The notes beneath the pieces were generated by a model. That model did no database searches. It was given only the letters and a program-made list of their open reading frames with translations, and was not told where the DNA came from. Shown here piece by piece: positions 15,457 to 28,000 of a DNA stretch of 64,000 nucleotides. The stretch lies in contig NC_092671.1 of NCBI RefSeq assembly GCF_964355755.1, forward strand, positions 39,566,304-39,630,303. Reading direction: 5' to 3'. This DNA comes from Antedon mediterranea (lineage: Eukaryota > Animalia > Echinodermata). Every line of letters begins with the position of its first letter. The stretch's first letter is position 1. The translations under genes were made by a program, and so were the position numbers.

Positions 15457-16216
15457 TAAATAAATATTTTTTCTAATTACAATATTAGCTTATTAACTAT
15501 ATTCATAATCATTAACAAAACAAAATTTTAATAGAGACAACTGGCGTTGTATTAATGTTACTATGTGACATTTTTTCTACATAGTTAGTTTTTAAAGATA
15601 GTATTAAGAACGAGAAGCAAGCGCAAATCGCGATTCAACGTTTCGATCTTCCTGAATCATGGAATCGTTGAATTATGGCTTGCCTTTTACTTTAAAAAAA
15701 TATGTTTTATGTTTGATATTTATCCGTATTTTAAATGATATATATTTAGACTTATATTTTTTCTATCCATGATTTCTTTTACATATTTTTATTGTTTGAG
15801 CCTTATCAACAAAACGAATTTCATTTCTAATAAAAATGTTGTAGGCCTATTCTGTAAGTTTACAACGAACATCAGAATAAACATAAACGAAATCATTGTT
15901 AGGATTTCTGAAATGGGGCGGGGAGACAGAATAACATTAAAGGAATGTGTTAATGAGAAAAAAATAACACTTTGTGATCTTTCCATAATTAACGTACAGT
16001 ACAGTTAGTAATAGTAGGCCTAATCTAAATTATTCTGCACACATCCATAATATAGAAGAAGACTAAGTTCATTTATTTTTGTTGTGATAGGCCTTATGCC
16101 GTATTTATTGGAATATTTATTAAATGTGTGTAAGTTTTACTAGGAGTGGTCTATTTGATTGGTAATGTGGGTAATGTTGTTATTTTATTAGGAAAAACTC
16201 TTATCTTAATTTTAGC

Positions 16217-18351
16217 ATGAAGTTCTTAGTATTTTTTGTACTAACCATTGGGTTGGTACTAGCGCAGAAAGACCCAAACTTTGCCGATGATCGAACTGTG
16301 ATTGTTCACCTATTCGAGTGGAAATGGACAAGTATTGCCAAGGAATGTGAAAGGTAAACTACACCTTTACTTGAATATAGACAAACCATAAAACAATTTA
16401 GATCATCACAAAATATGTATAATCTATATATAATAATACAGTATTGATTTTACAAACTAAATTTGAAAATAATAGTTATGGGTGTCCAAGCGGTTACGAC
16501 AGTGGAAACGTAATTACGTAGCCATAGCATCGGCAAGGGCTCATGGTTCTGGTGGTAGAACGAGAGTCTTCTCGGATAAGGACTATAAACCGTAGGTCCA
16601 GTGTATACATTATTATAGTTAATGTACATTATCCTAGTACATCTTTCGAGACGAATAAGGAGGGGGGTCATCCCGGTGTACTAGTACTCACACAGCCACT
16701 GTTCACAATTGGGCTCATTGTACAATTGGGTGTTTACCACCTGCTGTTCACATCCTTTACTAATGAAGATCTTAGAGTTATTTTATAAATTAATTAGGTT
16801 TTTGGGACCAAATGGATTCGGAGGTGTCCAAATCTCACCACCAAATGAGCATCGAATTCTCTACCAGCCCGACTGGGATCCAAATGTAAAACGCCCTTGG
16901 TATGAAAGCTATCAACCAATCAGCTACAAACTTGAAACTCGACGCGGTACGCGTGGCGAACTTATCGATATGGTGGAACGATGTAACAAGGCTGGCGTAA
17001 GAATCTACGCGGACGTTGTGGCCAACCATATGTGTGGAACTGATGCTGGTATTGGAACTGGTTCTGCAGGAAGTGCGTACGACACCGAACAATACTCATT
17101 CTCTGGAGTGCCATTCTCTTCTGGCGATTTCAATGTCCCTCAGGGGAAGTGTAACAGCCACGATGGCCAGATATCCAATTATGGAGATCCTGACCAGGTT
17201 TGTGTGCTTTAAATTCATGAATCATTTAGATAAAAAATTGTTGAATAAATACTAGAAATTGAATATAGAACTTATAGTACAAACGATATGCAACAACGGT
17301 CTTCGTTTAACATTTTTTTTATTCTTAAATGCAGGTTAGAAATTGTGACTTATTCGGGCTTATGGATCTCGATTTGTCAAAAGAGTATGTACGTCAAAAA
17401 GTAGCCGACTATCTGAGTGATCTGACATCTATTGGAATTGCTGGATTCCGTATAGATGCAGCCAAACATATGTGGCCAGCAGATGTCCAAGCCATTTTAG
17501 GTAAACTCAAGGACCTGCCAACAAGTTACTTCAATCCTGGCTCTCGTCCATTTGTTTACCAAGAGGTCATTGATCTAGGAGGCGAAGCCATCAGCTCTAC
17601 CGAATACACACACCTTGGTCGTGTTACAGAGTTCCGTTATGGTCGAAATGTATCAGAAGCCTTCAGAGATGGAGGCAGTAATCATATATCAAATTACGAA
17701 ACATTTGGATCCGGCTGGGACAATATGGTGCCTGAAGGTGACGCACTAGCTTTTATTGACAATCATGATAACCAGAGAGGACACGGCGCCGGTGGAAAAG
17801 TGGTAACACATATCGATCCTCAATACTACAAACTTGCAGTAACGTATATGCTGGCATGGCCGTATGGTGTACCCCGTGTTATGAGTAGCTACGATTTCGT
17901 GACACATTGGCAAGGTCCACCTTCAGATGGTAACTACGTAACCGATGACCCACCGATCCTGCAAGATGGTAGCTGTGGAGGTGGCTGGGTGTGTGAACAT
18001 CGTTGGCGTGCAATCAAGAATATGGCAAAATGGAGAAACATTGCCGGTAACGAACCGGTGAAGAATTGGTGGAGTAATGGTAATCAGCAGGCAGCTTTCT
18101 CTCGTGGAAGCAAAGCATTTGTTGCTCTCAATAGAGATGACAATCCAATCAGTGCAAAACTTAATACTGGGCTTCCATCTGGAGAATACTGCGATCTAGC
18201 AAGAGGAGATTTTGATGACGCTAGTAAAACTTGTAGCGGGCCAACTGTCACAGTTGATAAGGCGGGAAATGCCGACATCTACGTGGATAACAACTCCGAT
18301 GAGCCTGTACTCATACTCCATGTTGGTGCCATTGTTAAAGGTTGGCTCTGA
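16217..18351 (+). CDS. amy: Secreted animal-type alpha-amylase (GH13), short form; exons 16217-16353, 16798-17197, 17335-18351
   Basis: Signal peptide MKFLVFFVLTIGLVLA, HLFEWKW, VQISPPNEH, GFRIDAAKH, YQEVID, FIDNHDNQR, PRVMSSY, GWVCEHRW. Canonical GT-AG introns join in frame. Confidence 0.95.
16480..16770 (+). mobile_element. tRNA-derived SINE remnant in an amylase intron (also at ~34525-34830)
   Basis: The copy-2 version has A-box-like agtggccgagcggttaagac; both carry ctcggataa(g/a)gactataaaccgta. Confidence 0.55.
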
Positions 18352-19107
18352 CTGCGTTAATCCAATTCAATAACTTTTAAATTGCTTGTTAATTTAGAAA
18401 AATAAAAAGACAAATTTACACTGATTTACCAGAAAAAAATTATATAATAACGAAAAGAATAAAATGATTTCATCAATTACATTATTATTATAATGATTTA
18501 TTTGTTTTTATTGCTACAATTTCCTGAACAATTTAATATATAATATCTAATAGAATATTTTGATATTTTCTAATTCTTCTCTAATTTAGTAAAGAGGGTC
18601 TCGCGTTTATTATTTTAATAACCTCAGCTCTGCGCATGCGTTGTTATATTTTAGTAATACCCGCCTTTACTGCACTTCAGTCTGTTACCAGGGAAACAGA
18701 CGCATCGTCTGACCTTACCATTTACATAAATGAAGTTCACTGACCATTTCTAAAAACAAAAACCAAAAAATATTCGGTAAAAAATAATATTCTATACGGT
18801 TCTATACGGTTTTATATACTATGCTAATGTTATGCGAACTAATTGTGATCGTTTTATTTTCACGACATATTCTTTTCAATCATTAAGTCTCAACCACGGA
18901 GACTATATGGCGTCGTCCATCAAAATCTGAATGGAAAACTCTGACGCTGTGTATAATGTGTCGTAATCGAATTTTTGTATTCGAATGGTAAATTGTAAAC
19001 GGATTGTGCTTAACAGAAAATCATTCGAATAGAAAACGTTAACAACACAAGCTTTTTCATTAAGAACAATCTCAACGCTCAAAATACTCCGTTAAATAAG
19101 TACTTAA

Positions 19108-19401
19108 AGCTTGGTTCCCACTAGAGACGCAACGCAAGGATATAGACGCAATGAAAGCGAGTCGACCAATGAAAAGTGAATGTTCGAAAAATCCATTGCT
19201 TGTGATTTATCAAATCACTTAAGCTTGGTTCCCACTAGAACGTAACGCAAGGACGTAAACGCAACGCAAGCGTTTTAACCAATGACAAGCGAAGTTATAG
19301 ACAGTTAGCAATCACAAGCGAATAAGCCATCGCTTAGTGATTGGTCAATTCACTTGCGTTGCGTTACGTCCTTGTGTTGCGTTCCTAGTGGGAACCAAGC
19401 T
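19108..19401. mobile_element. MITE (PIF/Harbinger-like), partial + full tandem, present only in copy 1
   Basis: TIR agcttggttcccactag...ctagtgggaaccaagct with taa flanks; empty site gtacttaacgg at ~37885-37895. Confidence 0.8.
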
Positions 19402-19576
19402 TAACTGAAAAACTATACTCAACGGTAAAAGTTATTATGAATTAATGCAATGGCAATCTCAGATTATGGTCGTTAAGAAGGAACCCGTTTATGCAACTTG
19501 GGCCTAACCTAACCTAACGGTCTAAGGAGCTTCAACATCGTCTAACCATTTAGGACGTCTACATCAAGTTTCGTAA

Positions 19577-19713
19577 AGCTTGGTTCCTATTTGGACGCAA
19601 AGTAAGCGTAATGTAAGCGAATTGACCAATCACACACGACAGTTCGAATAATCCATCGCTTTGATTGGTCAATTCGCATAGGTTGCGGCTCACGTGCTAG
19701 TGGGAACCAAGCT
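19577..19713. mobile_element. Older copy of the same MITE family, shared with copy 2 (~38066-38209)
   Basis: agcttggttcc...tagtgggaaccaagct termini. Confidence 0.7.
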
Positions 19714-19725
19714 TAAACAACTTAC

Positions 19726-22107
19726 ACGATAGTAGTTGTTATTGTCATCAACACACCCACAACCCTCTGCTGGCACACATCGTCCATTGGTGTCTAAGAA
19801 CGTGTTTGGTTTTGGACATTGGCAGGACGGGACACAGGCAAGACAGAATGGGTAGATAGCGGTCAAGCGTTGCTGACAAGTAGCTGGACCACATGATGCT
19901 CCACAGGCTACCGGAACTGGATCACCTGGACAATCTAGTTTTAAAGATCACACGTTAAAATAATGTTCAGAAACTTTCTTTTAATACAAACTGACTAGAA
20001 AAACAACATAATCATCAATTAATACATTACAATTTCACATAACGCGTGGAACTGAATTATCAGGTTTTCTTTGTCACAACATCCTGAACAAAAAACAAAC
20101 CTTCACACATTCAGAATATGTATTGGGTTTTCTACAAGTTGCACACAAAGACGAACATTTTTTTATGACTGTAACACACATCATTTAAATAATTCATTTA
20201 TTTCGTCAAAATATCAAAAAATGTACAGTAAATGGGAACTTTTCTTCAAATAGAAATAAAATACTGATATGAACTTTGACATACCAGGTGGTGGGATACA
20301 CGTGCACGTTTCACAGCCGTCTTCATCTTTTTCAAAACCATATTCACATATTACAGGAACAATTCCACAATTCCTAGGCTCGCAGACTGAAACACAGCTA
20401 CACGTTGGACAGCCGTCGTCGTCCAGTGTTGGAGTGCAATCTAAGGGCCCTTCGCATTCCAGGATTGGGCATACGATGAACTCGTCGTCTACGCATTGAC
20501 ATATATCGCAGCCATTTTCATCTTGTTGGTAACCATTATGGCAAAATATACCACAATGAAGAAGGTCTTTACAAGCACCTGGATAATTAAAATTAATATA
20601 TAACTTAAAAAATGTTAAGCCGTTTATACACTATCAAACTTTATGTGAAAAAATGTGATGACCATATATGACATGATGATGTCATATCACTACCATATTT
20701 GGGCGCAGCACACTTTGGTTTGAGAATAAACAAGAGTGGAAAACTAGGAAACATAAAGAATATTGGAAAAAATGTCGGTTTTTATCCGAATAAAAATGTC
20801 GGTAATGATGACAACGATTACATTATTGGTACTGTATATGATAACGAGTCAGACACTTGGAAATGACTAAAGTGGATGCAATGATGATGATGATACTGTT
20901 GCTGCTGCTGCTGATGATGATGATACTGTTGCTAACAATGATGATGATGATGATGATACTGTTGGTGATGATGATGATGATACTGTTGCTGACGATGATG
21001 ATGATGATGATACTGTTACTGATGATGATGATGATGATACTGTTGCTGATGATGATGATACTGTTGCTGCTGATGATGATACTGTTACTGATGATGACGG
21101 TGATACTGTTGCTGTTGCTGATGATGATGATGATACTGTTGCTGACGATGATGATGATGATGATACTGTTGCTGACAATGATGATGATGATGATGATGAT
21201 ACTGTTGCTGATGATGATGATACTGTTGCTGTTGCTGATGTTGATGATGATGATACTACTGTTGCTGACGATGATGATGATGATACTGTTGCTGACGATG
21301 ATGATGATGATACTGTTGCTGATGATGATGATACTGTTGCTGTTGCTGATGATGATACTGTTGCTGATGATGATGATACTGTTGCTGATGATGATGATAC
21401 TGTTGCTGATGATGATGATACTGTTACTGATGATGATGATACTGTTACTTATGATGATGATACTGTTGCTGATGATGATGATGATGATGATACTGTTGCT
21501 GATGATGATGATACTGTTGCTGTTGCTGATGATGATGATACTGTTGCTGTTGCTGATGATGATGTTGCTGATGATGGTGGTGATGACGATGATGGTGATA
21601 CTGTTGCTGTTGCTGATGATGATATTGTTGCTGACGATGATGATGATGATACTGTTGCTGATGATGATACTGTTGCTGACGACGACGATGATGATGATGA
21701 TACTGTTGCTGCTGATGATGACGATGATGTTCCTGATGATGATACTGTTGCTGATGATGATGATACTGTTGATGATGATGATGATGATGATGATACTGTT
21801 GCTGATGATGATGATACTGTTGCTGATGATGATGATGAATAAAAAATACCTTCAAAAGAAAACAACCTAATTCACAAAAAAAATTTACAAAGAAAATAAT
21901 TGAAAGCGTTCTTTGACATTTGTGTGTATCTACAGAAAGTGTATTTTCACGAATAGAAGCAATCACAAAAATGTTTAAAATATTCAATAGAATAAAACAA
22001 ACAAAACGAAAACCCCCTAATAGGAGTGTTTGACGAAAACAGAACTCACCAGCTTGTGAGACCAAAACAACAGTTGACAACAGAATTGAAAAAACGGCGG
22101 TGTTCAT
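19726..22107 (-). CDS. Small secreted Cys-rich protein: signal peptide + 3 antistasin-like repeats + TIL domain; exons 22107-22050, 20578-20285, 19934-19726; last exon uncertain
   Basis: MNTAVFSILLSTVVLVSQAG | ACKDLLHCGIFCHNGYQQDENGCDICQC..DDDGCPTCSC..CEYGFEKDEDGCETCTC | DCPGD..CGASCGPATC..CVPSCQCP..NGRCVPAEGCGC. Phase-1 GT-AG junctions are compatible. TATA at ~22160. Missed by the ORF track. Confidence 0.85.
20876..21838. repeat. Intronic compound (GAT)n / gatactgttgct expansion
   Basis: Low-complexity array inside intron 1; a single unit at ~39400-39429. Confidence 0.93.
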
Positions 22108-22717
22108 ATTGAATCGAGAAAGTTTTAAATAATAAAATAGAAATTCAATCATCAATCTCCTTATATATTGTTCTAACCAGGATCTAGTATTATCACTCTA
22201 GTATCCCACATCCTTCCTAGCTTAATATCTTAATATTCTTAAACATTAAGTGTATTACACACATTGTTTAAGTATTACTAATTTCTCCATGATTAATATA
22301 GCCAGGAAAGTTTTAAGATTAACATTTTTTTTAAAGTAGATTAAACCTTCCTAATAAAATGCACTTGCTATGTCCGGTTCCGTAAAACAGATTAATTATC
22401 ATCTTTTAGAGAAGCAAATCAAGGGTCATTGAAGATGTCTTATTATATTGTATTCTATGTATGCATATGTTACGAATGACTTTATTTGGAGAATAAAACT
22501 ATATTTTTCGTATGATTTTAAAACACATCAAACCACTTTTTTAGGATGTTTATGTACACAGAAGAAACCGCTTGTTTCTGAAACAACAGTTAGTCATAAT
22601 TGCATACAAATCACATTGGTGTTTTTATAGACATCACGATACGATTGTAGTTTTAATTTCATTGGGAATGGTTAATGAATGTTGAAGGAAGGTCTGTTTG
22701 ATCTATAGCTTTGGTTG

Positions 22718-23535
22718 AAGTAATACTGGTCCTTAAGTAATACTGGTCCTTAAGTAATACTGGTCCTTAAGTAATACTGGTCTTTAAGTAATACTGGTCC
22801 TTAAGTAATACTGGTCCTTAAGTAATACTGGTCCTTAAGTAATACTGGTCCTTAAGTAATACTGGTCCTTAAGTAATACTGGTCCTGAAGTAATACTGGT
22901 CCTTAAGTAATACTGGTCCTTAAGTAATACTGGTCCTTAAGTAATACTGGTCTTTAAGTAATACTGGTCCTTAAGTAATACTGGTCCTTAAGTAATACTG
23001 GTCCTTAAGTAATACTGGTCCTTAAGTAATACTGGTCTTTAAGTAATACTGGTCCTTAAGTAATAATGGTCTTTAAGTAATACTGGTCCTTAAGTAATAC
23101 TCTTCTTCAAGTAATACTGGTCTTTAAGTAATACTGGTCCTTAAGTAATACTGGTCCTTAAGTAATACTGGTCCTTAAGTAATACTGGTCCTTAAGTAAT
23201 ACTGGTCTTTAAGTAATACTGGTCTTTAAGTAATACTGGTCTTTAAGTAATACTGGTCTTTAAGTAATACTGGTCTTTAAGTAATACTGGTCCTTAAGTA
23301 ATACTGGTCCTTAAGTAATACTGGTCCTTAAGTAATACTGGTCTTTAAGTAATACTGGTCCTTAAGTAATACTGGTCTTTAAGTAATACTGGTCCTTAAG
23401 TAATACTCTTCTTTAAGTAATACTGGTCTTTAAGTAATACTGGTCCTTAAGTAATACTCTTCTTTAAGTAATACTGGTCCTTAACTAATACTGGTCCTTA
23501 AGTAAGACTCTTCTTTAAGTAATACTGGTCCTTAA
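22718..23535. repeat. 17-bp tandem array (aagtaatactggtcctt), ~48 copies
   Basis: Near-perfect repeats; one diverged unit (gagtaatactgagccta) at ~40243. Confidence 0.97.
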
Positions 23536-23644
23536 TTGTCTTGCTGAAATTTCATATACAATACAAAAGGGTATTCAAAATCAATTTATTTCATAATTTT
23601 ATTTTCTAAAACCTAACAAATTTTAAATGTGTGGACATTCTTAT

Positions 23645-25020
23645 TAAAATAAAAATTGATAACATAAATATTAATCACCTACTGTATGCAGATGATCTAG
23701 TTTTAATCAGTGATACAGTGTACTCATTACAAGATCTTTTAAATAAACTAGCATATTATTGTAATAGGTGGGGATTGGTAGTTAATATTGACAAAAGTAA
23801 AATAATAGTATTTAAAAAAAAATGGAAAACTTGAAAACTACGAAAAATGGAATTATCTTGGTAAAGAAATTGAAATAGTAAAATCTCTTAAATATCTTGG
23901 AGTCACTTTCGATTGTTCAGGAAATTGGGAAAAGGCCAGAGAACAAAATAATACACAGGCTAATAAAGCACTTTTCTCACTCAAAAATATAATATATCAG
24001 AAATATGGACATCTACCAGTGAATATTTGGAACTACTTATTTGATGTCAAAATAAACCCAATTATACTGTATGGTAGTGAAATATGGGGAAAACTAAACA
24101 ATAAAAAAATTGATGATATTCAAAATAATTTCTGTAGATATGTTTTAGGGGTCGGGAAATCAGCCACAAATGTTTCAATTAGAGGAGAATGTGGACGATT
24201 CTCTTTATCAATCGAAAGTGTACTCAATGTTATCCGTTATTGGGTAAGACTAGTAAATATGAACGAGGACAAATATGCGAAGAAATGTTATAAATCTCAA
24301 CTTCATAAAGCGCAAAATAATAGCAATTATTGGGTAAGCGATGTAAAACATATGTTATGCTCTATTGGTCATGGAAACATGGTTTTCACAAAATAATGTC
24401 CTTGATAAATTTTATATAGTTAATAAAATAAAAGAAAGGCTAACCGATATGGAACGCCAATCCTTTCTTGAAAGCATAAATATTTCTTCAAAATTAAGAT
24501 ACTATAAAATGTTCAAAAACAATTTCGGAGTAGATGGATACTTACTACAGACCCTTGATACTAGATATAAGCGAGCTTTAAGTCAACTAAGACTGGGCAC
24601 ACTTCAACTAGAGGTAGAAAGGGGAAGATGGAAAAGAATAGAGCGCAGCAATAGGTTATGTAAAATATGTAATATAAAGGAAGTTGAAGATGAATATCAT
24701 TTTGTTACAGTTTGCTCTCGTTACAAGGAAATCAGAAAAAAATTTATACCTTCTTTATTTTTTGAAAATCCAAATACTTTTAAATTCTGCCGTTTAATGT
24801 CATCACAGGATCCAATAATTATTGATAATCTACAGTATCTAAATATATTTATCATGCTTATAAGTTAAGATATATGTTTTGCTTAGAGAACGAAATTAAT
24901 TAATTCATTTATCTTGTGACCTTAAATTGCTTTATTTTTCAATGTAATTATTATTTTGTTAATTACTATGGGCCAGAGGCCTAAAGTAAATAAAGTCAGG
25001 CGATAAGCCTGAATGAATGA
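23645..25020 (+). mobile_element. 5'-truncated, frameshifted non-LTR retrotransposon (RTE-X/L2-like; clade uncertain)
   Basis: HLLYADDLVL, KYLG, RGECGR, LEVERGRW..CKIC..EDEYHF..C; aataaa and a (TGAA)n tail; absent at the matching copy-2 site (~40368). Confidence 0.85.
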
Positions 25021-28000
25021 ATTACTATAGATTTTTCAAATTGGTTTAAACTTTCTAAATATGTGTTTGTTGCCCTCTATATCGCAAATTCTACAAAGAT
25101 GTCAAGTGTGTAGGTTATCTTTTAACTAACACAATTAACTTATGCTGTTAATTATTTTCTTTGAGTACTTTTCAACAATGTTAAAAGGTCGATTTGCATA
25201 TCCTTTCAGCAAAACCCTGGATAAAAATTGCTATATAATTCTACATACTAATTGACAATTTATAAATTTTCCATCACATGATTCAATTGTTCATTCAGGG
25301 GCGGACGCAGGGGTGTTGCCCCAGTGGCCCACGCAACACCCTTTATTTCATACTAAATGTTTTTTTCTGCCACTAAATAAAAATTTAGATCTCATTTCAT
25401 CATATTTTAGAATAACAACTAGCAATTATACCCGCACCAGGCCGGGTTTCAAAATTAGTTTAAAGCCATCTCAGTACATAACACTTGACGCCAGTATCAC
25501 CCTATACTCACCAACCTCCACCCCTCTTCAATAACACACTACACTCTTTTTTAAAAACTCTTCCCAGTGAAGGACAAATTCAACTTTAGCTTCATCATTT
25601 TGAAAATTTTTGGATGAGAGCATCCAAATCCATGACAGAACCAACACCAACCGAGGGATCCATAGATATAAAGTCAGCTTAATTGTTGCTAGCATCTGAA
25701 ACAAATAAGAATGTATTGTGTTACTTATGTAATATGTAAAGCAAGGCAATGGTAGAGTGAGTCTGGGGTATTTAAGAAACCAACATTATACTGTAAAACA
25801 TACATACATTCAGTTTTAAACTCTGTCTACACTATCAAACTAGTTTGACAAAAACAGTGTGACATGACCAAATATGGTAGTGATATGACATCATCATGTC
25901 CATATATGGGCACATATTTTTTGTCCATTGTGTATGAAAGATTGGGGATGATGAACTCATATTCTACCACGACTGTACGGCAGAATTTCTACAATTTTAA
26001 TGTTGCGGCAGAAGCTGTGCCATTACCTGCGGTTGATATGCATGGGTAGGTCGGAGGTGGCTTCAACCAATCACCATTAGCTGCTTTCATGTGTGATCTA
26101 TCAGATGCAAATTTTTCTAGAAACACTGTACCAGGAACCATTCTGAACTTCCTTATATGGATATAAAGAAAAAAATACATATGTTAAAAATCAAAATAAC
26201 CTCATAGACAGTACATGATTGTAAGAGCAATGTATTGTCCCCCAAAAACATGAAGATTAATTAAATCAGACTTTGAAGAGGTTATTTTGTAGTTAGTTAA
26301 TCACTTCCGTAGAAAGAAAAATAATTGGGAAAAAATGTTTAAATTATAAAATAACATAATAAATGGTTAAATTCAACCAAAAATCCATTGACTGGCAGAC
26401 AATTTGACCCTTAGTTTTTTCAGGTAAATAAATTTGTTTAGATCAAATTTTGTGAATAACCTTTTATGTGACATTTTAAAATGGCATATTCAAAAAAAAA
26501 ATTGTTAAAATTATTTTTCAGGGGAACAACATGTCTTTAGATGTTTACCTGTGATACTTTTATTGCATTAAGTTCTCATCTCGGATTGCTTTTTGTATGT
26601 AATCATCGAATGATGATGGAAAACTAAGCCAAGTGTCAAGATCATAAATATGACAACCTTCAGCTTCCTCGTAGATTAAAATCACATGATAATCCTAAAA
26701 AATAGAAAATTAAACATATTACTGTTTGTTTTAAAGCAAATTGATGAATAAAGTCACATGTCATGGAAAGACCAATCAACATCAAGTCAGTGTCAATTCT
26801 AAATAGATTTTGAATTTGACAACCAATGAGCAGCAAGGGTGTGCTTAAATACTGCAATTCTACCAAAATTTTTCTTAGGTGCAAAACAAAACAATTGTAT
26901 CAGTAAAAAGTGTTTCCATATTTACAAAATAGGCCTAATATAATAAATAAATGTTAGGTCCCATACAAAAAATCTTTATTTTATCACAATCACAAATTTT
27001 TAAAAAATTGTAGAGACTGACCAGCATACACCTGTGTGGGGAGTAAAAATAAATTTTTAAAATCCGCCCTAACTCATCAGTTTTGAGCTGGGAATAGGGT
27101 GATAATTTTCTTAAGGGCCTTACCCAGACAACAAAACTGCCTTGCTCAGCACTTCTTTGTTCCCAAATTGGTATCTGCAAATTAAAAATGTATAAATATA
27201 ATTTAAAAAAGACATTTTGTAACTTTTGATTGATACAAATTTTAATCATTAAATCAGTCATGGATATAATAACACATCACTCAAAAGTTAAGGAATAAAT
27301 GTTGGTACTAACTGTACGATAAAGCTGCCCATCTCTATATATATACTGTATATCTATTCTAAAAAGTTATCAATTATTATTAACATTCCCAGATAAATAG
27401 GATAAAAACTAAATTGTTAAAATATTGGGTGAGAAAAGTAACATTTAATTTTTTAGCTTTTTTGTATTGTTTTAAATAAACACTGCATAAACATTTTTCA
27501 ACTGCTGCAGTCTACCACCATCCTGTAACTTGCTGCATAACTTCCAAACGTTTTCCTCACTTTAAAAACAATGTACTTTCGATGTGATGAGATTTTTAAG
27601 AGATGGCATCTCATTATCAATTTTATTATGGGACTACACAGTACTTGAATTGAATACCTTGAATATACCTTGAACCGTAGAACTTTTGAGACTAGCTCAT
27701 TTGTCCCTCCATTGTCATCAACTCCTCGGTAACATATGGGCGAAACTTGAGATGGTGGTCAGACCATAACTTTGCAATGCCGGTTTTGAACTTGTTAATC
27801 TTTGGTTCAGTCACAATATGGTTTGGTAGTGGGTTCCAATCATATAACTCTAACTGCATATGCTATTTTTCTAATGTTTTTATTATAATTATTTGGAGTT
27901 CGATACCTTAAAAACATTCTTCTTCTATAATATAGAATATATATAATAAACTTCTATAAATACATCCGTTCAAAATTGTTTTATCTGTGGTCAGTATACT

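Larger units (their letters stand above)
12199..25295 (+). repeat. Segmental tandem duplication, copy 1
   Basis: Colinear similarity to 28073-40655, from atagaggcctagct..catctac to attcaattgttcatt. Confidence 0.9.

Noticed and set aside
14453-15459. Overlapping Cys-rich ORFs
   Set aside because: Translations of the 55-bp array; the three frames give the same rotating peptide
20030-20083. Possible small extra exon (GCCDKEN...) in the antistasin/TIL gene
   Set aside because: No phase-compatible strong donor; neighbouring exons already join in frame; the frame differs in copy 2
20857-22155. Poly-Met/Leu, Ser-rich and His/Gln-rich ORFs (possible third His protein)
   Set aside because: Readings of an intronic (GAT)n expansion absent from copy 2. 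The 236-aa ORF reads through the G|GTGAG donor of the signal-peptide exon.
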